DNA of 64,000 nucleotides from Terriglobia bacterium (GTDB lineage: Bacteria; Acidobacteriota; Terriglobia; 20CM-2-55-15), in the NCBI GenBank assembly GCA_965218585.1, contig CBDCLE010000026.1:32001-96000 (forward strand), in the 5' to 3' direction. The notes under the pieces are model-generated. The model was not told the origin of the DNA and made no database searches. It was given only the letters and a program-made list of their open reading frames with translations. How positions within the stretch are numbered: the stretch's first letter is position 1; each line of letters opens with the position of its first letter. The translations under genes and the position numbers were made by a program. Positions 51,401 to 62,304 of the stretch are shown here, one piece after another.

Positions 51401-51464
51401 CTCCAGGGAAAAGGATGAGATGGGTGAGAAGGAAAGGATGACCTCCAGCAGAGTGGAGATCGTT

Positions 51465-51773
51465 CTATCCGCCGATCAGGGCACCGATAATTGACAGCAG
51501 AATTGCCACCTGAATTCCGACGAGCCACGTAAAATGGCGGGAAACCTTCTGATCCAGTGAGTCAATTCGGAAGTCCAACTTCTGGTCCAGCGAGTTGATT
51601 CGGAAGTCCAACTTTTGACCCAGCGAGTCGATTCGGGAGTCGAACTTCCGGTCCATGGCGCCAATGCGGCCGTTGAGCTCAACCAGGAGTTCGCGAATCT
51701 CTCCAAACCCTCGCGAGTGTTCTTCCACCTTACCTTCCAAATAAGCCACCCGTTCCTCTACCGATCCCGTCAT
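51465..51773 (-). CDS. Coiled-coil repeat protein with C-terminal membrane anchor (Bdr/DUF1640-like)
   Basis: 11-aa repeats (K[FL]D[SF]RI[DN]SL[DG]Q) then a hydrophobic tail. Confidence 0.7.
   Translation of the reverse strand: MTGSVEERVAYLEGKVEEHSRGFGEIRELLVELNGRIGAMDRKFDSRIDSLGQKLDFRINSLDQKLDFRIDSLDQKVSRHFTWLVGIQVAILLSIIGALIGG
51546..51655. repeat. 33-bp coding tandem repeat, about 3.3 copies
   Basis: Units start at 51546, 51579, 51612, 51645 (consensus CTTCTGGTCCAGCGAGTCGATTCGGAAGTCCAA). Confidence 0.9.
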
Positions 51774-51992
51774 CTCGAACGTCCGTTCCGATTATATCGC
51801 GCGATTCTCTGTTTCATGCCCTGTTATGAGCACGCAGCATGCCATGGGAGAACGAGGCGCTTAGCTTCGGGAGGCTCCACAGGGTGGAGTAACTTGCGGC
51901 GTGCTTTTCCCCAACAAACGCGAATTTTGTCTCACAGAAACCCGGATTACTCCGACGACCACAGACCCTACTGATACTCTGGGAGTTCCGTG

Positions 51993-53309
51993 TTATTTCT
52001 GGTGCAAAAACGGTTTGGCCTTCTCGCCAACGTAGGTGGCCACGACCTGTCCGTCCCCGCGGAGGACGTACTTGTAAATCGTCAGGCCTTCGACGCCCAC
52101 CGGACCACGGGCGTGGGTCTTGAGGGTGCTGATGCCGACTTCGGCGCCGAGTCCGAAACGGAAACCGTCGGCGAACCGTGTAGACGTGTTTGAAACGACC
52201 GTCGCCGAATCTACCATCTGGATGAACCTTTCGCGGGACTCGATATCTTCGGTCATGATCGCGTCGGTATGATGGGAACCATAGCGATTGATGTGAGCCA
52301 CGGCTTCATCGAGGCCATCGACAACACGCAGGGACAAGGTCAGATCTCCATATTCTGTCGTCCAGTCTTCTTCTGTCGCTCCTGATAACTCGGACAAGAC
52401 TCCGCGTGTGCGCTCACAACCCCTGAGTTCGATGCCGGCTTCGGAAGCCTTACCGGCAAAAGCCGGTAAGAACGCATCCGCAACTTTCCTATCCACCAGC
52501 AGAGTCTCGATCGCGTTACATACAGCGGGATACTGCGCCTTGGCGTCGATTGCCACTTCGACGGCCTTTTCCAAATCGGCCTTGTCATGAACGTAGATGT
52601 GGCAGATGCCCTCTGCGTGCCCAAGGACAGGGATCTTGGTCGAGTCCATGATGTGGCTGACCAGTTCGTTGGATCCGCGCGGAATGACAAGATCCACAAG
52701 CTCGGGATAGGACAGCAATTCGTGGAAGTCTTCGCGGGTGTCCACGAGCTGGGCCCAACCGGAAGGCAATTCAGGAATCTGTTCCGCCAACCTGGAGGCA
52801 ATAGCCATGAAAGCGTGGTTCGAGTTGATCGCCTCGCGGCCACCTTTCAGAACAACTGCGTTGCCGCTTTTCAAAGCCAATGACAGGATCTGGGGGATCA
52901 CATCTGGACGGGACTCGAAGACGATGGCAATCACGCCGACAGGCACCGACACCTTCTCAAGTTCCAACCCGGAATCCAGCTTGGTCGTCTCAAGGACGCG
53001 GCCGACCGGATCGGGAAGCGCGGCAACGTCACGGATTCCCTGAACAACCTGAGCGAGTTTTCCCGGATCGAGTTCGAGCCTCTTATGGAGACTCTCCTTG
53101 ATCTTGCCCCGGGCAGCATCGAGGTCTCTCCGGTTCTCGGCCAGGAGAAAACCCCTGGATTCCTCGATAAGCCGCGCAAAGGTTTCAAGAGCCTCGTTGC
53201 GAATCTCTTCGGCAATCGTACTGACCTTGTAGAACGCATTCTTGGACTGCTTGAGAAGCGTTTCGGTGTCGACGATGCCGGGTGTTCTGGATTCGATTCC
53301 GGTACTCAT
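51993..53309 (-). CDS. proA: Gamma-glutamyl phosphate reductase
   Basis: FESRPDV, LKGGRE, IPRGS, VCNAIET, STRFADG, HARGPVG. Confidence 0.96.
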   Translation of the reverse strand: MSTGIESRTPGIVDTETLLKQSKNAFYKVSTIAEEIRNEALETFARLIEESRGFLLAENRRDLDAARGKIKESLHKRLELDPGKLAQVVQGIRDVAALPDPVGRVLETTKLDSGLELEKVSVPVGVIAIVFESRPDVIPQILSLALKSGNAVVLKGGREAINSNHAFMAIASRLAEQIPELPSGWAQLVDTREDFHELLSYPELVDLVIPRGSNELVSHIMDSTKIPVLGHAEGICHIYVHDKADLEKAVEVAIDAKAQYPAVCNAIETLLVDRKVADAFLPAFAGKASEAGIELRGCERTRGVLSELSGATEEDWTTEYGDLTLSLRVVDGLDEAVAHINRYGSHHTDAIMTEDIESRERFIQMVDSATVVSNTSTRFADGFRFGLGAEVGISTLKTHARGPVGVEGLTIYKYVLRGDGQVVATYVGEKAKPFLHQK

Positions 53310-54436
53310 CAATTCTCTCCGAAGATCACCAGGTGATCCCTGTGGATGATTTCCTCGTGGTCAGTCTCTCCCAGTTTCTCAGAGATTTCCCGACTATGAC
53401 AGCCCTGAATCTCAGCGATCTGATCCGAAGAAAAGTAAACGATGCCGCGTCCGATCTCCCTTCCCTGTTCGGTTTCGACGCTGACGACCTCGCTCGCCTT
53501 GAAAGAGCCACGCACTCCGACAACGCCGCTCGGCAACAGGCTGGCTTTTTTCTTCACCAAAGCTTCAGCAACCCCCTGGTTAACCTCGACCACGCCGCCA
53601 AAGCCAGACGATAGGCCGATCCATCGCTGACGGCCTTTGAGCTTCAATCTGGGCGTCACAAGCGTTCCCTCGCACTTGAGGATGGCGTCCTTCTTGAAGC
53701 CCGAAGAGATGACGGTGCTCACGCCGCCAAATGATGCCAATCGGGCGGCTTCGATCTTTGAAGTGACGCCTCCGCGACCGTAAGCCGACTGCCCTTTCAA
53801 CCCGAGTTTCTTGAGGTCATCGAAATCATCAAGTTTACCGATTCGTTTCGCTTCGACGTTCATCTTCGGGTGACTGTCATAGATGCCATCGACATTCGTA
53901 AGTATGAGCAACAGGTCCGCACCAAGCTTGGTAGCCACCAGTGCGGAAAGCAGATCGTTGTCGCCAAAACTGTGGGTCCGCGTGTCTTCCTGCAATTCCA
54001 TCGTCGAAACAGAATCGTTTTCGTTGACGATGGGAATCACGTCATAAGAAAGCAGGCGTTCAAAGGTCTCCCGAAGGTTCAGATACCGCCTTCGGTCGGA
54101 AAAATCGTCCGCGGTCACCAGGAGCTGCGCCGTCATCAGACCGTACCGGGCAAAGTGTTTCTGGTATTGCTGCATCAACAAACCCTGACCTACCGCGGCG
54201 CATGCCTGCTTTGTCGAGAGATCCGCCAGCTTGTCGATTCCAAGGGAGATCCGGCCCATGCCCACAGCTCCGGAAGACACAAGGATGATCTTCTTTTTGT
54301 CTTCCTGAACCAGATGGGCACACTGCGCCACAAGCTTCCCCAGGCGGGAACGGGCTACGGCTCCGTCTTCCTTGGTCAGCAGATGTGTTCCCAGCTTGAT
54401 AACGATTCGCTGGGCCTTTTCCATCTCTGTGCGCAT
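53309..54436 (-). CDS. proB: Glutamate 5-kinase with PUA domain
   Basis: IKLGT, SSGAV, AAVGQ, NEND, FGDND, IHRD. Confidence 0.96.
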   Translation of the reverse strand: MRTEMEKAQRIVIKLGTHLLTKEDGAVARSRLGKLVAQCAHLVQEDKKKIILVSSGAVGMGRISLGIDKLADLSTKQACAAVGQGLLMQQYQKHFARYGLMTAQLLVTADDFSDRRRYLNLRETFERLLSYDVIPIVNENDSVSTMELQEDTRTHSFGDNDLLSALVATKLGADLLLILTNVDGIYDSHPKMNVEAKRIGKLDDFDDLKKLGLKGQSAYGRGGVTSKIEAARLASFGGVSTVISSGFKKDAILKCEGTLVTPRLKLKGRQRWIGLSSGFGGVVEVNQGVAEALVKKKASLLPSGVVGVRGSFKASEVVSVETEQGREIGRGIVYFSSDQIAEIQGCHSREISEKLGETDHEEIIHRDHLVIFGEN

Positions 54437-54799
54437 TGGTTATCTATCCATTACGGGTAGCCGCATCTACAGGCAACCGCATCCGCCCGCACACAATCCT
54501 GGCGATTACGGAACAAGTAAATATAACACCCGATAGCTTTTATTGATGGTCAGGACGCGGCAGGGAGGGACTACTTCTTCATCTGTGGGCTGGCAGGACA
54601 TGGGAAGTGCTAAGTCCTTGTAATGCAAAGACAAAGGAGCTATCCCACGAGTCGGAGAATCCAGCCAAATCGGCTCCAAATACCTTTGTGGCTGAAGACA
54701 CATCCGAGGCACGGCTGATTAGGGCAAACTGTCCTCGAATGATACCGTTAGGTGAGGCAAAGCTGGGCGCCCGACCCCATGCTACAATCGCCAAAACCC

Positions 54800-55747
54800 A
54801 TGAGTAGTGTGACCCAGACCGCCCACCAGAAGACAGTTGACCTCTGCCGCTCGATCAGCAAGGTAATCAAAGGAAAACAGGAAACGATCGAACTGGCCGT
54901 CGTGGCGCTCCTGGCTGAAGGGCATTTGCTTATCGAGGATGTTCCGGGCGTCGGCAAAACAACGCTGGGTCATACCATGGCGATGGCTCTGGGATCGACG
55001 TTTCATCGTCTCCAGTTCACAAGCGACCTTCTTCCATCCGACGTGCTGGGTGTGGCGGTATACAACCCGAACGTCCATGAATTCGAGTTCAAGCGGGGCC
55101 CCATTTTCGCCAACATCGTCCTGGCGGACGAAATCAATCGAACGACCCCCAAGACACAGAGCGCGCTACTTGAAGCGATGAACGAGAATCAGGTGACGAT
55201 TGACAACGTCACACACGCATTGCCCAGTCCGTTTATGGTTCTTGCAACCCAGAACCCGGTCGAACATCACGGGACATATCCGCTCCCGGAGTCACAGTTG
55301 GACCGATTCCTGATGAAGATCGAGATTGGCTATCCGAACGCGTCCGCCGAGCGAGAAATCCTCGGCCGATACAGCAACGGAAACCGGGGGAACGCTCTAG
55401 AGGCCGTCCTCAATCCCGAAGAAGTTCTGGAACTGCAGAATGAAAGCCGAAGGGTCCACGTCGGAGACGCTCTCATCGATTACATGATCGAGGTCGTCAA
55501 CCAGACCCGGACTCATTCTGAAATCGAACTCGGAATCAGCCCCCGGGGAACGGCCGCCCTGTTCCGCGCTTCGCAGGCGCGGGCACTCGTCGAAGGCCGC
55601 GACTACGTTCTCCCTGACGATGTAAAAACCCTGATTCAACCCGTATTCGGGCACAGGCTCGTCCTGTCTCATTCGGGAACTCGACGGCAGCAGGACTCTA
55701 AGACTCTCCTCGGAGACATCCTCGACAACGTCGCTGTTCCCGCCTGA
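54800..55747 (+). CDS. moxR: MoxR-family AAA+ ATPase
   Basis: EDVPGVGKT, QFTSDLLPSD, DEINR, ATQNP, QLDRF; TGcTACAAT at 54780-54788. Confidence 0.95.
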   Translation: MSSVTQTAHQKTVDLCRSISKVIKGKQETIELAVVALLAEGHLLIEDVPGVGKTTLGHTMAMALGSTFHRLQFTSDLLPSDVLGVAVYNPNVHEFEFKRGPIFANIVLADEINRTTPKTQSALLEAMNENQVTIDNVTHALPSPFMVLATQNPVEHHGTYPLPESQLDRFLMKIEIGYPNASAEREILGRYSNGNRGNALEAVLNPEEVLELQNESRRVHVGDALIDYMIEVVNQTRTHSEIELGISPRGTAALFRASQARALVEGRDYVLPDDVKTLIQPVFGHRLVLSHSGTRRQQDSKTLLGDILDNVAVPA

Positions 55748-55759
55748 CGTCTCTCCTGT

Positions 55760-57073
55760 ATGGCGAGAAAAACCAGCATTCGCCGAAAACCGATCCGGGA
55801 CCAACTCCGCGCCCTCGCTGAAGAATTCCGCGCTGAGCGTCGGGAGCACCGCGAGTATGCCCGGAACTTCTTCAAATCGATGCTATTGCTCGGCATCGCG
55901 ATGCTGGCGGCACTCTATTCCAACAGTTCGGCACGCGACGGGCAGATTGTTTCTGCCGGAATCGGTGCCTTCATTGCGATGTCGATAGCCATATGGGTGG
56001 GTGTCCGCTTTGTGCCCCGGCTCGCGGCGGGTGTCGACTGGGACTGGCTCCCCTTCTTCACGCAGTACCGTTTGACCCGGGACGGATGGATCTACATAAC
56101 TACAACCATCATTGTGCTCTCGGCTGCGATCAACACGAGCAACAACCTGCTCTACATGATCCTCTCGGCGTTGTTGGCGGTCATGCTTCTGTCCGGATTC
56201 CTTTCAGGTCTCAACTTCCGTTTCTTGCGTGTTGCCGCCCGTCTGCCCGAACACTGCTTCGCCCGGCAACCATTTCGCATGACGCTAACGGTCCGGAACC
56301 CAAAACGGATCTTCCCCACTTTCTCGCTGGGCGTCGGTGCCGTTGACCGAAGTCCTTTCGATTTCGAACCCTATTACGTTCCTCTGGTCCAAACCCGTGA
56401 CCAGGACCACCGGACCCTCGATGCTGTTCTCCCCAAAAGAGGCCGCTACAGCCTCGAAGAGATTCATCTGAAGTCGCGCTATCCGTTCGGTTTCATAGTC
56501 AAAGGACGGCCGCTTCCTGTCGAAGCTGAATGTGTCGCCTTCCCGGAGATACTGCCCAAGGAAACGCTCGACATCGCGATTCACGATATCCTGGGATCGT
56601 CGGAAAGATTTGAACGGGGACAAGGAATGGACCTGTACCTGATCCGGGACTACCAGTCCTCCGACAGCGCACGCCACGTTGACTGGAAGGCGTCAGCGAA
56701 GACAACTACGCTCAAGACACGCGAGTTTGCAGCTGAAGAAAGCCGGAGGGTCCAGCTGGTCTTTGACCGGTATGGGCAGGCGGGAGACGAAGATCGATTC
56801 GAAAACCTGGTCTCCCAGGCAGCATCTCTGGCCTTATACCTTTCCGAAGACGGAGCGGAAGTCACGCTTGTGTCGGACGACTGGTGCTCACCCTCTGGAC
56901 TCTCAGACAACCTGTTACAATCAATACTTTACTATCTGGCGCTGGTCGAAATGGCACCAGGTGCGGAACTCGCAGGTTCAGCTGGGAGCGGGACGGCCGT
57001 TTTTTCACTGCGCAGCCCGTCGAACACGCACGCACTATGGAAAGATACTTCCAAATCTCATTCCATGCGCTGA
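55760..57073 (+). CDS. DUF58 membrane protein
   Basis: AAINTSNNLLY, RGRY, YPFG, IRDY..DSARHVDWKASA. Confidence 0.92.
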   Translation: MARKTSIRRKPIRDQLRALAEEFRAERREHREYARNFFKSMLLLGIAMLAALYSNSSARDGQIVSAGIGAFIAMSIAIWVGVRFVPRLAAGVDWDWLPFFTQYRLTRDGWIYITTTIIVLSAAINTSNNLLYMILSALLAVMLLSGFLSGLNFRFLRVAARLPEHCFARQPFRMTLTVRNPKRIFPTFSLGVGAVDRSPFDFEPYYVPLVQTRDQDHRTLDAVLPKRGRYSLEEIHLKSRYPFGFIVKGRPLPVEAECVAFPEILPKETLDIAIHDILGSSERFERGQGMDLYLIRDYQSSDSARHVDWKASAKTTTLKTREFAAEESRRVQLVFDRYGQAGDEDRFENLVSQAASLALYLSEDGAEVTLVSDDWCSPSGLSDNLLQSILYYLALVEMAPGAELAGSAGSGTAVFSLRSPSNTHALWKDTSKSHSMR

Positions 57074-59136
57074 TCCTCACAGCGTTCATAGCCCTGGTGG
57101 AAACCGGGAGACTGGATGTCGGATCAATCCTGTTGTTTCTGGTCTTTTTCGCAGTCACGGCAAATCGAGCTCTAAAGGGAAGGCCACCTCTGCTGACGGC
57201 CCGCGGCGCTTTCTTCCTCTCGCTCGGCTACATCTTCTTCTTCGCATTGGACAGCCTGATTCTCTCGGGCTCATTCATCAGTGCAATCATCCACCTTGTC
57301 CTTTTCCTGGAAATCGCGAAGCTGGCCCAGAAGAAAGAAGACAAAGACTATCTGTACCTGATTCTTCTTTCCTTTCTTCAGATCCTTGCGGCCTCATCCC
57401 TGACCATCGACATGTCTTTCGTGTTCACTCTGTTCTTCTTCCTCATAGCTTTGGTTTCGACACTGATGAGTTTCGATATCTACCGTTCTCAGAGAGAAAC
57501 GTCTGACCGGGGGCTCGTTCCGATCGACGGGCCACTGGGCGGAATGAGCGTGTGGGCAACCGTTTGGATCATCATCGTCGGAGTAGCACTTTTCTTTGCC
57601 ATGCCCAGGATTGGAACAGGATACTTCAGTCGCGCGGCGACCCAGGCCCTGCTACTCTCCGGTTTTACCGACACGGTCGAGTTGGGAACGATCGGAGAGG
57701 TCAAACTGAGTTCCGCTCTGGTCATGCGCACGCGCGTTATCGACGGGTCGCCTTCTGCGGTACCAAAATGGCGCGGGCTCGCACTGGACACGTTTGATGG
57801 CCGGACATGGTCGAAATCCCGACGGCGGCGTCAAGCGGTGCGGGGATCGCGAAACGATCAGTATCTGATCCAATCTCCGACCGGAACCGGCGAACAGGTC
57901 CGGTTCGAAGTCTTCCTTGAGCCGCTGGCCACGCCCACACTATTTGGGCCTCATATCATCCGTTCGATCACAGGGGACTTCCGGGGGCTGGAACGCGACA
58001 ACGCCGACGGCGTCTATCAAAGAATTCGGGCCGTCCGGAGGACACAATACGAAGTTCTTTCCGAAATCCCTTTGAGGAATACGACTTCTGAGATCGACGA
58101 TGAGACGGACGTGCTGCCCGACAACGCGGACCGTTATCTGCAGTTGCCCCTTGAACTCGACCCGCGGACCGTCGATCTGGCTGAAACAGTCACTACGGGA
58201 GGAGACACAGTCCTCGAAAAGGCCTCTCTGGTGGAAACTTACCTGCGGACGAATCACGCCTACTCTCTCGAACTGACCTGGGATCCGGGAGAGCAACCAC
58301 TGAGCACGTTTCTTTTCGAAGCCCGTGCCGGTCACTGCGAATACTTCGCGTCGTCAATGGCAATCTTGCTACGGACGGTTGGCATTCCAACCCGGATGGT
58401 CAACGGCTTTCTTGCGGGCGAATACAACTCGATTGGAAATTCCTACATCGTCCGGCAATCCGACGCACATAGCTGGGTCGAGGTCTTCGTGCCCGGACAA
58501 GGATGGATAGACTTCGACCCGACACCTCCCGACCCCAACCGGAACGAGATAAGCATGCTGGTCCTGTTCTCGCACTATCTGGACGCGGCCGAATTGTTCT
58601 GGAACGCATACATCCTGACCTACGACACAGGGACGCAACTGCAGCTGTTCCGAAACGCCCAGGACACGATCCAGTCGGCACGAAGCTCTCTGCAGAGCAG
58701 ATCCGAGTCGTGGGCGGCCATGAGCCAGGCGGTGTCCGATCGCGTTTCCGCACGCATACGCGAGGTTGTCGAAACCCGATGGTTCTGGTCGCTTGTGCTG
58801 GTCGGCGTTTTGCTGGGACTCGGCGTAAAGTACCGATCAACGATTCGAACGAACTGGAAAATCTGGAACCTTCGGTTTGGACGGGGTGATGCAGACCGCG
58901 ACGTCGTGACCCAGCTGTTCTATCGGGTTGCGGCCCTGGGAGGAAGGCGATCCGGAGCCCGCTTACCTCACCAGACCTGGAGGGGATGGCTGGCCGAACT
59001 CCCGGATGAGCGCCCCAAACGCCTGATAGGCGTGGCACTCAAGGTGTTCGAAAAAGCCCGTTACGGCAGCTCTCCTGTAACAGCCGAGGAATACGCGCAC
59101 CTGGAAGAAACGATCCAGCAACTCAAGAGTGCGTGA
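57037..59136 (+). CDS. TgpA-like membrane transglutaminase (DUF3488 + TGase + DUF4129)
   Basis: GHCEYFAS, AHSWVE, FDPTP catalytic triad; N-terminal TM block. Confidence 0.92.
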   Translation: MERYFQISFHALILTAFIALVETGRLDVGSILLFLVFFAVTANRALKGRPPLLTARGAFFLSLGYIFFFALDSLILSGSFISAIIHLVLFLEIAKLAQKKEDKDYLYLILLSFLQILAASSLTIDMSFVFTLFFFLIALVSTLMSFDIYRSQRETSDRGLVPIDGPLGGMSVWATVWIIIVGVALFFAMPRIGTGYFSRAATQALLLSGFTDTVELGTIGEVKLSSALVMRTRVIDGSPSAVPKWRGLALDTFDGRTWSKSRRRRQAVRGSRNDQYLIQSPTGTGEQVRFEVFLEPLATPTLFGPHIIRSITGDFRGLERDNADGVYQRIRAVRRTQYEVLSEIPLRNTTSEIDDETDVLPDNADRYLQLPLELDPRTVDLAETVTTGGDTVLEKASLVETYLRTNHAYSLELTWDPGEQPLSTFLFEARAGHCEYFASSMAILLRTVGIPTRMVNGFLAGEYNSIGNSYIVRQSDAHSWVEVFVPGQGWIDFDPTPPDPNRNEISMLVLFSHYLDAAELFWNAYILTYDTGTQLQLFRNAQDTIQSARSSLQSRSESWAAMSQAVSDRVSARIREVVETRWFWSLVLVGVLLGLGVKYRSTIRTNWKIWNLRFGRGDADRDVVTQLFYRVAALGGRRSGARLPHQTWRGWLAELPDERPKRLIGVALKVFEKARYGSSPVTAEEYAHLEETIQQLKSA

Positions 59137-59150
59137 TCCCGTTGACCCTG

Positions 59151-60539
59151 ATGTCAAAAGACAATTCCAACAAAACAACGCGAGTGGGTTTCGTAAGCCT
59201 TGGATGCCCTAAGAACCTTGTTGACAGCGAGGTGATGCTCGGGACCCTGTCCCAACAAGGTTATGAGATCACCGCGGACCAGGCATCAGCCGATGTGATC
59301 GTTGTCAACACGTGTGGTTTCATCGACAGCGCGAAGGAAGAGTCCGTCGATACGATCCTGGAAATGGCCCGCCTGAAGGAAGAAGGGCGTTGCCAGAAGC
59401 TGGTTGTTGCAGGGTGTCTGGCCGAAAGATACCGCGAGGACATACAGAAAGAGATTCCCGAAATCGATTTCGTATTCGGTCCGGACGAACTGGGAAGCAT
59501 CCTCGAGGCTGTAGCAATCAACGGCGATGAACCTGCCGAATCTCTGACGATCGATTCACTCTACACGTCCGGGCAGGTACCAACAATTCCCAGAATACTG
59601 ACGACACCGTCGCACATGGCTTACCTCAAGATCTCTGAAGGCTGTGATCACACGTGTTCCTTCTGTGCGATCCCCGGCTTCAGAGGGCGTTTTCGAAGCA
59701 GATCCCTTGAAGATTTGACCCTGGAAGCCCAGCGGTTGGTCGAGGGGGGTGTCTCCGAGATCGTCATCGTTTCCCAGGACACGCTCGCATACGGCCAGGA
59801 TCTCGGTATGAGGGACGGCATTCTCGATCTGCTGGAAGGCCTGCTTGGGGTCGAAGGCCTCGCATGGATACGACTGCTCTACTGCTATCCGAATCTCCTC
59901 CGGGAATCGATGGTCCGGTTGATCGGAAGCGAGGACAGGCTGTGCAGTTACTTCGACATCCCATACCAGCACGCAAGTCCACAGGTTCTTGAACGAATGC
60001 GGCGCGGCGGCGGACGGGCGACTTTCCAGCGGCAGATTGAATGGATCCGCGAACTGGTCCCGGGAGCTGGCTTGAGAACTTCTTTCATAGTGGGGTTCCC
60101 GGGCGAAACGGAATCGAACTTCCAGGAACTTGTCCGATTCGTTGACAGTGCACGCTTCGACAACATGGGCGTCTTTGTCTACTCGGACGAAGAGGGAACG
60201 TTTGCTGAAAATCTCGATGCCAAAGTGCCACGGGAGGTTGCCGTTCAGAGACGGGAAATGTTGATGGAGACCCAGGCCGCAATCTCGCAAAAAGAGTTGC
60301 GCCGATTCATCGGCCGTCAGGTGCCGGTGTTGCTCGAAGGGATCTCAACGGAGTCGGACCTACTACTGGAAGGACGGATGGAGACCCAGGCGCCGGAGAT
60401 CGACGGGAAGATCCTGATCAACGACACGGACGAAGAAAAACCCGAAAGTGGCCGGTTCTATCTGACGGAAATCACGGACAGTATGGAATACGACCTCCTG
60501 GGCCGAATCATAGGCCCCTGGAACGGATTTGATTCCTAA
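59151..60539 (+). CDS. rimO: Ribosomal protein S12 methylthiotransferase
   Basis: [31 protein letters not shown]. Confidence 0.96.
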   Translation: MSKDNSNKTTRVGFVSLGCPKNLVDSEVMLGTLSQQGYEITADQASADVIVVNTCGFIDSAKEESVDTILEMARLKEEGRCQKLVVAGCLAERYREDIQKEIPEIDFVFGPDELGSILEAVAINGDEPAESLTIDSLYTSGQVPTIPRILTTPSHMAYLKISEGCDHTCSFCAIPGFRGRFRSRSLEDLTLEAQRLVEGGVSEIVIVSQDTLAYGQDLGMRDGILDLLEGLLGVEGLAWIRLLYCYPNLLRESMVRLIGSEDRLCSYFDIPYQHASPQVLERMRRGGGRATFQRQIEWIRELVPGAGLRTSFIVGFPGETESNFQELVRFVDSARFDNMGVFVYSDEEGTFAENLDAKVPREVAVQRREMLMETQAAISQKELRRFIGRQVPVLLEGISTESDLLLEGRMETQAPEIDGKILINDTDEEKPESGRFYLTEITDSMEYDLLGRIIGPWNGFDS

Positions 60540-60544
60540 ATACG

Positions 60545-60736
60545 ATGCCAGCCACTTGCCCTACATGCGGAAAGAAAGCACCTTACAGGAAAAATCCGTT
60601 TCGTCCGTTCTGCTCTCGACGATGCAAGCTCATCGACCTGGGCAAGTGGGCCTCGGGGGTCTATCGCTTTCCGTCCGCGGAGAAAGCACCCGGAGAAACC
60701 GATAACTCCAATGGAAACGTCGCCGCAAACGACTGA
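60545..60736 (+). CDS. yacG: DNA gyrase inhibitor
   Basis: [20 protein letters not shown]. Confidence 0.92.
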   Translation: MPATCPTCGKKAPYRKNPFRPFCSRRCKLIDLGKWASGVYRFPSAEKAPGETDNSNGNVAAND

Positions 60737-61236
60737 ACCGGTCCCTTCAGTCCAGTCTCGAACTCCGCTTGACCAGGTGGCGGTTGCCGTCGCAACTGCA
60801 GGCGGAGCCGGTTTTGTACCGGAAGCTGCCGGGGACGATCGGATCACTTGTAGGGGTCGGACTATATCTCGCCATCGATTTCTTTGGGTGGTATAGCTTG
60901 TACCTCCCGATACTCGGGGCAATCTCTATTGTGGGGATCTGGTCGGCCAACCACGTCGAGGGAATCTACGGTCACGATGCATCGAAGATAATCGTCGACG
61001 AAGTCATCGGACAGATGATCACGCTTGGATTCGTGATTCGATCGGGGACTTCCTCTGTCCTGACAGCAGCGATTCTCGGCTTTTTGCTTTTCAGGTTTTT
61101 CGATATCCTAAAGCCCTTTCCGCTTCGGCGACTCGAACAGCTGCCGGGTGGATTCGGAGTAGTTGCGGACGACGTAGGAGCTGGAGTGTACGGTCTTATA
61201 GCCCTGACATTGATAGAGTCCCTGGTAATCTCGTGA
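60711..61236 (+). CDS. pgpA: Phosphatidylglycerophosphatase A, +1 frameshift near 60821
   Basis: [10 protein letters not shown] / KLPGTIGS split across frames; [20 protein letters not shown]. Confidence 0.88.
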
Positions 61237-62258
61237 GCGACATCAAAATCAAACGCGTGCTTCCCCAGGCTGCTCTCCCGGGCGGTGAAGTCATGATCGA
61301 GTACGGCGGCGTCGAACTTCAGGGAGATCATCAGCCGGAAGTGCGCTTTGGCGACTACGCGGCACAGGTCACAATCGCCTCCAACGAGGTTATTGTCGCG
61401 AAAGTACCTGAGTCTTTGTCGGAAACGGGCACCTCGGAGCTATCTGTAGCCAACAACGGCGATTCGAGCGGTCCGTTTCCTTATCAGGTTGGCAAACGCC
61501 TCGCGACAAACCTGCATCCGGTTGCCAATCCCGCAGTCGATAGCGAAGACAATATCTACGCAACTTACAGTGGCCGAAGAGGCCAGAAGACACCCGTCTC
61601 GATATACAAAGTCACGGCCAGTGGTGCCGTCACACCTCATACCGTCGAAATCATCAATGCCACCGGTCTGGCCTTCGGCCTGGAAGGCGAGCTCTTTGTG
61701 TCGAGCCGTCATGAGGGCAGCGTCTATAAAGTCGATCCGAGTGGAAAGGCGGAAACCTATATCGAAGGCATGGGAATCGCGACCGGTCTGGCATTCGACC
61801 GAAAGAACAACCTTTATGTCGGCGACCGGAGCGGCAGCGTCTTCAAGATCAGTCCGAGTAAAGAAATCTTCGTCTTCGCTACGCTCGAACCCAGCATGGC
61901 CGCATACCATATGGCTTACGGCATGGACGACTACCTATACCTTACGGGACCTACAACCTCCAGCTTCGATTCAATCCACAGGATTTCCCCAACAGGCGAG
62001 GTCGAAAAGTTTTTCACGGGTTTGGGCCGGCCGCAGGGCATCGCTTTTGACATCGAAAACAACGTGTACGTTGTTGCCTCCTTCAGGGGCAGGCGGGGAA
62101 TCTTCCGTTTCCCCAATGGCAAAAGGACGCCTGAGCTTTTCGTGTCAGGGCTGGGTCTGGTCGGCCTGGCCTTCGATTACTCCGAGAACATGGTCGTAGC
62201 GGATGGCTCTTCGGTGTACAGAGTTCACGCCGGAATCATGGGAAGACCTCTTCCCTAA
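61233..62258 (+). CDS. IPT/TIG-like + SMP-30/NHL beta-propeller protein
   Basis: Ig-like N-terminus then repeated GLAF/GIAFD..N.YV blades. Confidence 0.75.
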   Translation: MSDIKIKRVLPQAALPGGEVMIEYGGVELQGDHQPEVRFGDYAAQVTIASNEVIVAKVPESLSETGTSELSVANNGDSSGPFPYQVGKRLATNLHPVANPAVDSEDNIYATYSGRRGQKTPVSIYKVTASGAVTPHTVEIINATGLAFGLEGELFVSSRHEGSVYKVDPSGKAETYIEGMGIATGLAFDRKNNLYVGDRSGSVFKISPSKEIFVFATLEPSMAAYHMAYGMDDYLYLTGPTTSSFDSIHRISPTGEVEKFFTGLGRPQGIAFDIENNVYVVASFRGRRGIFRFPNGKRTPELFVSGLGLVGLAFDYSENMVVADGSSVYRVHAGIMGRPLP

Positions 62259-62304
62259 TTGAGTTCGGGGACTGAAACCGAATTCCCTTCTCCTACCTCT
62301 TGCT

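Noticed and set aside
51546-51655. 33-bp repeats as a CRISPR array
   Set aside because: Head-to-tail without spacers, in frame within a CDS, no cas genes
54720-54795. c-di-GMP-I riboswitch-like words GGCAAAC..GCAAAGC upstream of moxR
   Set aside because: No GNRA-capped P2 stem or P3 pairing found by eye, and the segment overlaps a likely extended -10; an Rfam scan would settle it
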